Source: Obrimoposthia wandeli (taxonomy: Eukaryota). From it: DNA of 64,000 nt. The stretch covers positions 372,001 through 436,000 of the forward strand of contig CDROCS010001382.1 of assembly GCA_977020255.1 (NCBI GenBank), given 5' to 3'. Shown one piece after another: positions 51,584 to 61,530 of the stretch. The notes below the pieces were generated by a model. The model saw only the letters and a program-made list of their open reading frames with translations. It was not told where the DNA came from and searched no databases. The position numbers were made by a program, and so were the translations under genes. Numbering within the stretch: the stretch's first letter is position 1; every line of letters starts with the position of its first letter.

Positions 51584-51904
51584 TTATAGTTTAATCCATT
51601 TACCAACTAGTTTATTTACACGCTTTTTATCCGACTTCTTAACCGACTTTCCAACTGCTTTCTTAACAGGTTTCTTCTTTAATGGTTTCTTTTTTACAGG
51701 TTTTCTCTTTACTGTCTTTACCGATTTCTTTAATGATTCATCGACTACTTTACGCTGATGAAGCACTGATTTAATAAGATTTTTAATATGAGCATTCTTC
51801 TTTAACATCAATTTGTTATCATTAGCGTGTAATTTATCACCCGGTCTCCATTTAGGTCCAACTCCACTAGGCATTGTTTCTTTCATAAATGACATGATTA
51901 ACAA
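51584..51904 (-). CDS. Lysine-rich basic protein (possible DNA-condensing core protein)
   Basis: KKPVKKKPLKKKPVKK repeats; lies between the ATPase and the core protein. Confidence 0.6.
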   Translation of the reverse strand: MLIMSFMKETMPSGVGPKWRPGDKLHANDNKLMLKKNAHIKNLIKSVLHQRKVVDESLKKSVKTVKRKPVKKKPLKKKPVKKAVGKSVKKSDKKRVNKLVGKWIKL

Positions 51905-52548
51905 GTAGATAGGCTTTTCTTTTGTTTATATACAAAATCATTATTGAAAATATCGGTTCTCACGCGTAAATCGTCTGGACATTCCTGTGTAAAATCTAAA
52001 AACAAGTATCCATGAGGGTTAGTTGTTGCATCTTGAAATGCGTCAATCAAATATTGCTTATTACAAGGGAAAGCTTGACGGGCAACAAAGTCGATAACCG
52101 TTTGATCTCGCGGATTTTTAAATAATACTAGATAATGTACATTTAAATTCCGAGTACGGTGTTGACCGCCTTAATGAAAGAGATTTTGAGTGATAAAAAT
52201 CACTGTTACATTTGTATGTCTAGCTATTTTGGTAAACAGGTTATTAAAACCCGACTCTTTATTTGCTTCATCAAACAAATCATCAATTACAATGACATCT
52301 CCTGAATTTAACCTCTCAGACCATTTATTATCAAAACCATTAATAAAATGAATACCCTTCAATTTACCTAATTCTGTTCGTGTTAGACCAGATTCACCTA
52401 CACCTCCGTAATGCCAGTATATTCTACTAAACTTTTGATTAAACATGTTTTTATTTTGAAGTAATTTAGTTACAAAATGTGTTTTCCCACTCCCACTAGG
52501 TCCTACTGTTTGGTAAACCGCGTTATTTTTAAGTTTTATCATCATCAA
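51898..52548 (-). pseudogene. A32-like packaging ATPase with one in-frame stop
   Basis: VGPSGSGKTHFV; IVIDDL; VIFITQNLFH*GGQHRTRNLNVHYLVLFKNPRD...DLRVRTDIF. Confidence 0.92.
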
Positions 52549-52575
52549 TAATAATAAATCAAAAGAAACGATTGT

Positions 52576-52842
52576 TTATATACGTTTTATTAATATATAC
52601 AACAACAGAGAATTAAAAATTGATGTAGAAAAGGTTATATACATCATGTTTGAACGATTAATTTGAACAAATTTTTCAAAATCCTTAATCCGTTTGATAT
52701 CTCTATAGACATGGGTGCAAACAATTTCCTTTATATTATTACGAGAAAGTCCATCAAAACTAGAAAAGTATTGAACTCCATTTATTGTTCCGTTTATAAT
52801 TTCCTCGACTGCATCATCAACTAATTTATCGTTTTCATCCAT
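52576..52842 (-). CDS. Hypothetical Polinton accessory protein
   Basis: 88-aa ORF co-oriented between IAP and ATPase; no motif recognised. Confidence 0.45.
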   Translation of the reverse strand: MDENDKLVDDAVEEIINGTINGVQYFSSFDGLSRNNIKEIVCTHVYRDIKRIKDFEKFVQINRSNMMYITFSTSIFNSLLLYILIKRI

Positions 52843-52860
52843 TTATATAAATCATAAATT

Positions 52861-53760
52861 TCAATTGTTTATACCATGAAATTTTACATTTCTTACTCTC
52901 CGTTCGATCAGACATCTGCATACTGGACATGAATGTAACATTCTAGAACATGATATACATGTATTTACATGTCCACAAGGGAGAAATACTACTTCAATAT
53001 GATTATTTAAACATACTACACATTCGGGTACCTTTAAAATGTATGAAAGTATATTTATATATTGTTTCTCAGGTTTCATTTCTAAATTAGATAAATCACA
53101 AAGCAATTCAAATAGTGAATTGTATTCACCATATCGCATCATTTTATATTTTAAAACAGATTTTATTCTATCTTTTGTGAAAAACTTTTTCAAATATCTG
53201 ATTTGGTTTGTATCCATCAACATATCGAATTTCTCGATAGTTAAAGGATATTCAATTATACAATCTGTTTCGATTTTCTCAATAACATTAGCCTCATTAT
53301 AGGGTTCTAAACTGTTTGAATAGCATATATCAGGTAATTTTATATCAATATCTGATACATGTACTTTTCCAATCAATGGTGATGTATCAAAATCGATTTT
53401 CTTGTTCATAGTTTCAATTATTGGTACATTTGAAACATTTAACTTTAAAAGAAATGGACATGTAGGAAAAAATTTCATATGTTGCTTCATTGGTTTAAGA
53501 TACCATTCCCATTCGGATAACGCACCTTGACAGTATATACATTTTACTTTATCGGTTGAATCATCATCATGTTTATAAAATCCGGCTTTAGCTAAATCAT
53601 TTACAGATTGTTTCCCTTTAAAATTTATAATTAATGATCTTAATCTTTCACTTTCATGTCTATATTTCCAGTGTAAAACTTTCATTCTAGAATAACCTAC
53701 TTTTCGTCTAACTAAAACATCATCAACAGTTGTATAATGAAGTATATAATCAACTAGCAT
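52861..53760 (-). CDS. Inhibitor of apoptosis (single BIR + RING), intact ORF
   Basis: LAKAGFY...VKCIYCQGALSEW...PMKQHMKFFPTCPF; CVVC...VVFLPCGHVNTCISC...CPVCR. Confidence 0.93.
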   Translation of the reverse strand: MLVDYILHYTTVDDVLVRRKVGYSRMKVLHWKYRHESERLRSLIINFKGKQSVNDLAKAGFYKHDDDSTDKVKCIYCQGALSEWEWYLKPMKQHMKFFPTCPFLLKLNVSNVPIIETMNKKIDFDTSPLIGKVHVSDIDIKLPDICYSNSLEPYNEANVIEKIETDCIIEYPLTIEKFDMLMDTNQIRYLKKFFTKDRIKSVLKYKMMRYGEYNSLFELLCDLSNLEMKPEKQYINILSYILKVPECVVCLNNHIEVVFLPCGHVNTCISCSRMLHSCPVCRCLIERRVRNVKFHGINN

Positions 53761-53801
53761 TTCAAATCATGTAAGAATAAAATTCAACTAAAATTTATTG
53801 T

Positions 53802-54293
53802 TTATATCAAAAGTAAAATATCAGTTATTATCAAAGTCACATCAAAGTGATAATCCAAATCCTTGAGACCGAGTATGACCACTTTCCCGCTTGCAAATAT
53901 GTTGACGCACAGAGGATTGTGTTTTGTAAACCTTAAAGCAGGAAACAACTCAGGTTCGAACATGCATGCAGCTCCACACTTTTGAGACAACTTGTATAGG
54001 TTCACCTTCTTACCTAAATCAACAGTAACCGTTACGGATTGAATACGATCAATCTTTATTCTAAATGGACACTTGAGCAAAGTTGTAGTAATAGGTTTCT
54101 TGCAACCCATTATCCTGCATGCTCCTAATAATAACTAACTAACTAACTAACATAAAAACATACCTGAACGGAAGATTATAAGGGTATAATCCTTACACCT
54201 GTGCACGTACTGACATGGTTTCCCGGTTTTGAAGGGTAAGTGACTGATGTCTCCTTTAACTTTACCTTTATAATTAATATTTGCAAGATTCAT
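53802..54293 (-). CDS. TBP-like protein, two exons (39-nt intron at 54163-54125)
   Basis: Splicing gives LIIFRSG|ACRIMGCK. The second repeat is IQSVTVTVDLG...MFEPELFPALRF...VNIFASGKVVILGLK. Confidence 0.82.
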
Positions 54294-54416
54294 GATTGAA
54301 TTGATGGAAATAACCCAATCTATATATAAAATTTTTAAGCTAAAGATTATCCAATCAGAATCGAGTATGATATATATATAAGCTACCACTTTTGGTATAG
54401 AATTCATTATTTTGAT

Positions 54417-55067
54417 ATGAACTCTAAACAAACTAAATCTCTTAAGTTCGAGAAGCCACCACCAACAAGGCTTACAGACACAGATGTGGATACCGATGAT
54501 GATGATGTAGTTTTTATATCAAAACCAAAGAAGCAAACTATGACAAGCAACAACCATAAACAAACCAAGACTATCAAGATTGAGAAGCAAGCAACAAATG
54601 AGGATCTCTTTATTGATGATATAGTCTCTACACCCAAACATAAGAAACCGTTCAACAATAAACCATCAGATGTAATATTTGAGTCTAATGATTTGAAGTA
54701 TACCAAGCCGGTTATGTTTTATAACTGGCAAATTAATTTTTTGAAGACTCCAATCATATATGGATTCATGTTTCCGGTGGCTCTGAATAAGTCAAAATAC
54801 GATTTCAAGATACATAGATTAAATCCGTCAGATATTGATGATCTTAACAAAACCTTTGAGTCGATGCATCTCAACATCATAGTTGGGAATCATATAATAA
54901 TTCGAGCTGATCCTAATCTTTTCAAGCGAGATCACGACTTTAATGTTGACAATATGGGAACTGGACTCAAGTGGATGATCGTCATTTCAATACAGGGATA
55001 CAAAATCAACTGTACAGGTCTTCATAAACCAATCTGGAAAATTACTGATGGACAAGTTCGCTTATAA
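54417..55067 (+). CDS. Hypothetical Polinton protein (216 aa), possibly OB-fold/SSB-like
   Basis: Intact ORF opposite to the core genes; acidic and basic N-terminus; C-terminal beta-strand pattern VISIQGY...PIWKI. Confidence 0.55.
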   Translation: MNSKQTKSLKFEKPPPTRLTDTDVDTDDDDVVFISKPKKQTMTSNNHKQTKTIKIEKQATNEDLFIDDIVSTPKHKKPFNNKPSDVIFESNDLKYTKPVMFYNWQINFLKTPIIYGFMFPVALNKSKYDFKIHRLNPSDIDDLNKTFESMHLNIIVGNHIIIRADPNLFKRDHDFNVDNMGTGLKWMIVISIQGYKINCTGLHKPIWKITDGQVRL

Positions 55068-55254
55068 TTGTACTAATATATATTTATCGATGTTACTTTG
55101 CTTTCTTCAATATAGACTCCTACTATAAACAATAACGTTTCTTAAGATAAAAACTGCGATAGCTGTCCGGTTATGCGGGGCAGTCTAACTCCTGGAATGA
55201 GGTCGCAGTACTAAGTAAATTAAATAGTTGCAAATAAAAATTTGGGACGGTCAA

Positions 55255-55425
55255 TTGTGTTTAATTTCAAAATTTTAATTTTTAATTTTCATATTTAATT
55301 TGAATTAAAATTTAAATTTTTTAATTTCCATATTTAATTTTTTAATTTTTAAATTTTTTTAAATTTTAAGTTTTAATTTTTAAAATTTTAATTTTTAAAT
55401 TTTAAAATTTTGAATTTTTTAAACC
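55255..55425. repeat. AT-rich low-complexity tandem repeat ((T)nAA units) near the Polinton end
   Basis: ttttaatttttaattttcatatttaattt... array. Confidence 0.7.
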
Positions 55426-55496
55426 ATATACAAATGTTACAAAATATTAACCTACATAATCGTAAGTGACGCATAAGACCAAACAAATTTCGAGAC

Positions 55497-55666
55497 GTAA
55501 AGTGTCGGTTCTAAAACAATAGCACACAAAGCCCCCCCCCCCCGAACAAGGCACAAGGAAGAAAGCACATCTGTATGACTAAACAAATTTCAGATGTGCT
55601 TTGTTCCTTGTGCCTTGTTCGGGGGGGGGGGCTTTGTGTGCTATTGTTTTAGAACCGACACTTTAC
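55497..55666. repeat. 170-bp near-perfect palindrome at the right end of P2
   Basis: Arms of about 76 bp (TIR, poly-C/G, gaacaaggcacaaggaa, aaagcacatctg) around a 17-nt loop. Confidence 0.93.
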
Positions 55667-56499
55667 ACTTCTAGTATCGATTTACAAGATCCAAGATTGA
55701 AGGATAGCACGTCAAACAGACAGATAAATCAAATAGACGTGATCATAAAGAATCCAATAACAATCGGTAAAAGATCACAATTTGTCATCCAAGGTCACAC
55801 CTTGTCGGAAGATAAAGGACCAATCATATTCGAACCATCACGAAATTTTATAGAAAAATACGGATTGCCAATCGTAAGTACAGTATGTCTGATCGAGAAT
55901 CACAAAATACCAGTTAGACTAATGAACACAATTACATCCTGTTATATAGAGGAATGAGGTTGGGAAAGATAGAACAATTAGAGAATTCCACAGTATGTGC
56001 TATGAAATAGGATAAGAATGTAAATGATTCCGAAGAAATAATAATCAAATCAGAAAGACTGACAACAAAAGAAAAGAAACAACTACTTGATCTAATACAT
56101 AAATTTCCAAAAGTAATAGCTAAAAATCCGTATGACATAGGAGAAACCCCTGTCATAAAACACACAATATCACTGACAGAAAACAAAGTAGTCAGAAGAA
56201 GACCATATCGAGTACCATTACAGCTACAAGATAAATTAAAACTCAGATAGAATATATGTCTAAAACAGGAGTAATTAGACCTAGTTTTTTACCATTTTCT
56301 GCAGCAGTAGTGTTAGTAAAAACATAAAGATGGAAAAATGAGATTATGTATAGATTTCAGAGAATTGAACAAGATCACAAGAAAATACGTATACCCATTA
56401 CCCAGAAACGAAGAGATGCTTGATAAATTAGGTAATTCAGACTATTTTACGACATTGGATTTGCAAAGTGGCTACTGGCAAATTGAAATAAAGGAAGAA

Positions 56500-57312
56500 A
56501 TTTTTTTGTCAGAAATTAGAATTGTGTTTATTCTACTTTATGTTGGTGGTTTATGAGTTCCTTTTAAAATTTGTGTCTTAATTCAAACCCTTCATTATTT
56601 TTGAACAATACCACCACTATGTTTTGGGTTTTTGAGTTTTTTCTGGGTTCTAGGTTTTTTTAGGGCTATATTTAAATTTTTCTTATTTTTTCTGGGAGTC
56701 TTTGTTTTCTATTAAATTTTTTAGTGGTTTGGGGGAGTCAAAATATTTGGTATTTCTAGGTATTTCTATATTTTTTATTTTATTTATTATAAAAATTTTA
56801 GTATCTAGCACTAAAGTTTTAAACATTTTATTAAAAACTTAAAGATGAAAGCTTTTTTGTTAAATTAAAGTTGTTGGGGTTTTAGACTTTCTTTATTTTA
56901 TAAACTTTTTATTTTATTTTTTTGTCTATTATTTTAGGGTATTTTGGGTTTTTTTCAGGTTTTTTGAGTTTTCTCCTGTATTTATATTATTTTTTTAAGG
57001 TTTGGTTGTTTTTGTATTCTTTTTAGGATTTATTTTCTTCAGATTTTGTTTTTAATTGTTTCTAGTGTTTTTTCTTTGTTTATTACTATACATAAACCGG
57101 GACCGTAATTTCAGTATTGTTCTTAAACGTTTTGTAATTTCTATAGTTTTTTTGATTGTTTTTCCTAATTTTTTCAGTTTTATAATTGGTTGGAATGGCT
57201 TAGGTTTTAGTAGATTTATTTTGGTTATTTGGTATAGGAGTAACAGGTACTTTTTTCTGGTATGAAGACTTTTTTAGTCAATCGTTTTAGTGATGTTTTG
57301 TTTTTACTTGAA
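56500..57312 (+). other. NUMT: mitochondrial nad6 (3' part) followed by nad5 (5' part), inserted in the Gypsy RT
   Basis: Abruptly T-rich segment; ILLYVGGL(TGA=W)V (nad6); YM..D...SM..LI..PN...IGWNGLGFSSFILVIWY...GMKTFLVNRFSD (nad5, AGA=Ser). The RT is split between WQIEIKEE and ICEDGLYE. Confidence 0.88.
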
Positions 57313-60086
57313 AAAAATCTGTGAAGATGGATTGTATGAATGTGAAAAAATGACATTCGGACTGAAAGGAGCACCAGCAAAATTTCAGTGTTGCATGAAT
57401 TTTGTACTCGCATCGTGTGCAAACACGATGATTTATATTGATGACATCATAATATTTTCTAAGTCATTCGAAGAACATCGAAAAAATTTAGAAGTTGTAT
57501 TTAAAAGATTAGAAAATGCCAAATTAAAAGTAAAACCTACAAAATGCGAATGGGCTAAAAAGCGAGTAACATTTTTAGGACATATAATATCGACAGAAGG
57601 CATCCGACCTGATACAGCGAAGATCAAAAGAGTAAAATCGCACCAGCTCCAAAGACTGTTAAAGAAATACAGAGTTTTTTAGGTCTTGCGAATTATTATA
57701 GACGATTTGTTGAAATATTTTCCGATATAGCAACACCATTGAGGAATTAGACAAGGAAAGATAAAAATTCATATGGGGAAAAGAAACACAACAAGCGTTC
57801 GAAGATCTAAAGGAAAGACTGATAAAAGCACCTATATTAGCATTTCCGGATATAAATGACAATTCATACTAATGACAGATACAAGTAACTATGCTGTAGG
57901 AGCAGTATTAGGACAAGAAGACGAGGAAGGAAGAGAACACATCATCGCATATGCAAGCAGAATATTAAATAAAGCAGAGAGAGGATACTCTGTTATTGAA
58001 AAGGAATGTCTAGCCATAGTATATTCATGTAGACAATACAGACACTATCTGCTAGGACAAAACGTATTCCTGTATACAGACCACAAACCACTACAGTTCT
58101 TATATAAACATAGAGATGAAATGATCAGGTTAAACACATGGTTTCTAAAACTAGCAGATTTCGATCTAGAAATCTGATCTAGAACCGGAAAGTCGATTGG
58201 TAACGCAGATTGTTAGTCAAGATTGGCAAATGTAGACGAAAGAGGAAACATAATTCCAAAAGAGGGTCAAGATGAAGTCAACAACCGAGAAGGAGAAACA
58301 AATATAATAATGTTTTTTCTGAAAACCGGAAAATAGACAAAGAAATTATCAAGGAACAAAAAGAAGATGAACAGTTGAGTTTAATCAAAGAACTGTTAGT
58401 GAAAGAAGATCTAAATGATGAAATGACGAGAAAATACACGATAAAAGAAGAAATCTTGTATATTGTCAACAATGTTGGAAATATAGTAGTAGTAATTCCG
58501 AAGTCATTGAGAGCAGTAGTGATGATCTAGTACCACGACGGAACACTGGGAGGACATCTGTCAGGTCAAAAGACGATATCAAGAATCAAAGAGAAATATC
58601 ATTGGGATGGTATGGAAGATGATATAAAACAATGGTGTAAACAATGTAAAGTATGTTTAACCAGAAAGGAAACAGGAACTCGTACTAAAACTCCACTGAA
58701 ACCGATGCCAGTTCCTTTGGCACCAATGGAATTCACAGCGATGGACATATTTGGACCATTTAGAGAATCAAGTAAAGAAATTATGTATGTCATAGTATTT
58801 ACTGATTACATAACGAGATGGGTGGAAGCATATCATATGCAAAACCAGAAGGCTGAAACAATAGCACAAATCCTGGTAGAAGAGATAATATTTCGATACA
58901 GAGTGCCTAGAAAACTATTAACGGATGAAGAAAAGAATTTCACCGGATAAGTAATAAAAGCAGTATCGAATATATTCGGAATCATGAAATACCCTATGTA
59001 TGATGGTACAATCTTATTACTCCGATAAGCAAGATGATTGGGATACGCATTTACCTTCATGTTTATATGCTTACAAGAATTCAGTTCGAGAAGGCCACAC
59101 ATACTTTTATCTGATGTATCGCAGACTGAACAATATGCCAATAGATCTGGAGTGGACTCAACCAACATATCAGTACCTAGAAACTGAAAAATACATTGTC
59201 GTCATGAAAGAAAGACTAAAAGAGGCTTGGAATAAAGCAGGATTGAAATTGAAATTCAATCAAGAAAATTATAAGGAACAATTCGACAAGAAAGCAAAAC
59301 TACATGAATTTAGAGTCGGAGAGCAAGTGATGATATTCTATTCAGTCATCGAACCAGGTATATCGTTTAAACTTCACAAACCATACAAAGAACCATACAA
59401 AGTGATACAGACAACCTCAAAGAATTTGAAAGTAATCAATGAGGAGATCAGGAACAAAGACCAATGATAGTACATACGAACCGATGTAAACTGATACCAA
59501 ATAAAGATAATGCATCACGATATGAACTGAGATTGCAGAAATTGAAGCAGAACACCAATACAATTAAACTTACACAAATGGTAAGCGATCGAAACTACAT
59601 AAATGTGATGACCAACAGCAACAGTGCAAAACCAGTGAGAATTGGTATGCCCAGGATGAAGCACCAGGAGGAAAGAGAAGTCATCAGACACATCGCACCA
59701 CAAGAGATATTAGAATAAGACGAAGAGATTATTGTTGTTTTCGAAAGAAAACAACCAACTGATGTAGCTAAAAAAAGTCATTGGGAAAAATGCATTAACA
59801 AAAGAATTATTGTGCGAACTCAAAGTGTCAAATTTCGATGGAAATACATTAGTAGCAGAACTTCATCAAAATTCCAATGTGTTTACGACTGAGAAAGTGA
59901 TTATAGAAATCACAATAACACTAAAAATAGTTGCATGACCGAACTATGACAGTACTGAAGTAGGAATAGTCAGGAGGAAAAAGAACCGACTGGAGGTCAT
60001 ATACTCCATGGAACACTGAAAAGACTCAGACAAGAATATCATGATGTGATAATGGTATTACGTAATACACATGGAAAAAAGACATA

Positions 60087-60635
60087 ATGAGAGTTCATTT
60101 AATCGATGCAGATACAGAGAACATAATATGTCAAATGGTTCCCAAATATTTTGATAGAAAGACCATTGTATGTAATATACTGACTAGCACTCAACTAGAA
60201 ACAGATCAAACGGAAGTATCTGTGAGATTGAGCGTAATAGAAGGTTTCTATTCGCCAACCAAGCCGGAAGTAACGAATAATATAATAATTAAACCAATGG
60301 CAGAGTTACGCATTGACAGTGGATATAGAAAGTGGGAAGCTAACACTAAACCACAACGAATAAACATGATCAGACAACGAGTGAATGACTCAATGCCACC
60401 AAAATATCATGCCGAAATAGTATCATCCGCACCCAGTACAATTACATCGATAAACGACGAAATAATTATATTGTTGAGAAATCGACGGCCCTTGTCAACC
60501 GAAATACAAGTAAACTTGGTAAATTATGCGAAAACACCAATATCAAAATTAAATATCACCTATTTTGATGGACTTTCCATCATGGGTAAATTGAAAACGA
60601 TCGTTATCTGCTATGGAGAACAGTTCCAAATCTAG
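60087..60635 (+). CDS. Hypothetical accessory ORF 3' of the integrase in element B
   Basis: 182-aa open frame with the same A-rich codon style as the element; no motif recognised. Confidence 0.45.
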   Translation: MRVHLIDADTENIICQMVPKYFDRKTIVCNILTSTQLETDQTEVSVRLSVIEGFYSPTKPEVTNNIIIKPMAELRIDSGYRKWEANTKPQRINMIRQRVNDSMPPKYHAEIVSSAPSTITSINDEIIILLRNRRPLSTEIQVNLVNYAKTPISKLNITYFDGLSIMGKLKTIVICYGEQFQI

Positions 60636-61112
60636 ATACTTAAGGATAGCGTAATACTTTATCCAATTTCCATCGACTTTGGACCTTCCAATCAATTTAT
60701 TGTACCCTCGTCATTAATTTCAGTTGAAACAGACATACCAGAACAACCTTCGAGCAAGTCTACCCAAAGCAGCGAATCAGAAAACAGCGATTTGGAGTCA
60801 GAAGAATCTGAAGACGACAGAATAGAACGATTCGAAAGAACTATGGAAGTTGAATTTGGTAAAGAGAACAGGAAAAGACGAAACATAGATTTCGTTAAAG
60901 AAAATATACAAGGACAGCGGATCGAATCTGAAGAAGAAACATAGTCAGAAGAAGAAAAAATAAAGGAACAAGCACCTGAGATGAAGAAGAGTATTACTCC
61001 AGTAATACGAATGCTGAGAGGGAAGAAACGGGCGAAACTAGTCATCACAGATAAACAGATAGAGAAACGGTTAGAAAGACTAAACCTTGACGATTCGAAA
61101 ATGACGCCAGAG

Positions 61113-61530
61113 ATGAGTGAGATAATTCCAGATATGCTATATCTAGGGAACGTAGAAGACGCAACAGACGAAAACAAACTGTTAGAAAAAAGAAAAACAT
61201 ATGTTTTCAATGGGACAATGTATCACGAATCTCGGTACAAGACAATCAGAGCTATGACATAAAGAATAATAGACTCAATAGAAGCTGACTCTTTCGAGGG
61301 GTTCGAGAAACAAACGAGATAATCTACAACGAACTTCTAAACCAAGGAAAAATATTGGTATATTGCCAGAAAGAAATTTCAAAATCAGCTACCTCGGTAA
61401 TGGCATATATTATAAAGAGTATACAAATGCAGGTGCTGGAAGCATTGACATATCTACAAGAGAGACGAAGTATCGTGAACCTAAACATAATATTTTTGGG
61501 ACAATTGTCAAAATATCAAATCTTGTTACA
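61113..61530 (+). pseudogene. Dual-specificity phosphatase-like gene in the 3' region of element B
   Basis: MSEIIPDMLYLGNVEDATDENKL...GKILVYCQKEISKSATSVMAYII...EALTYLQERRSIVNLNIIFLGQL; frameshifted. Confidence 0.85.

Larger units (their letters stand above)
44913..55672 (-). mobile_element. Polinton/Maverick P2, bounded non-autonomous copy (6-bp TSD AGTATC, AG...CT termini, 51-bp left TIR)
   Basis: TSD at 44907-44912 and 55673-55678. TIR AGAAGTGTAAAGTGTCGGTTCTAAAACAATAGCACACAAAGC(C)n occurs at both ends. Contains PolB (N-terminal part), protease, minor capsid, integrase and ATPase. Confidence 0.96.
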
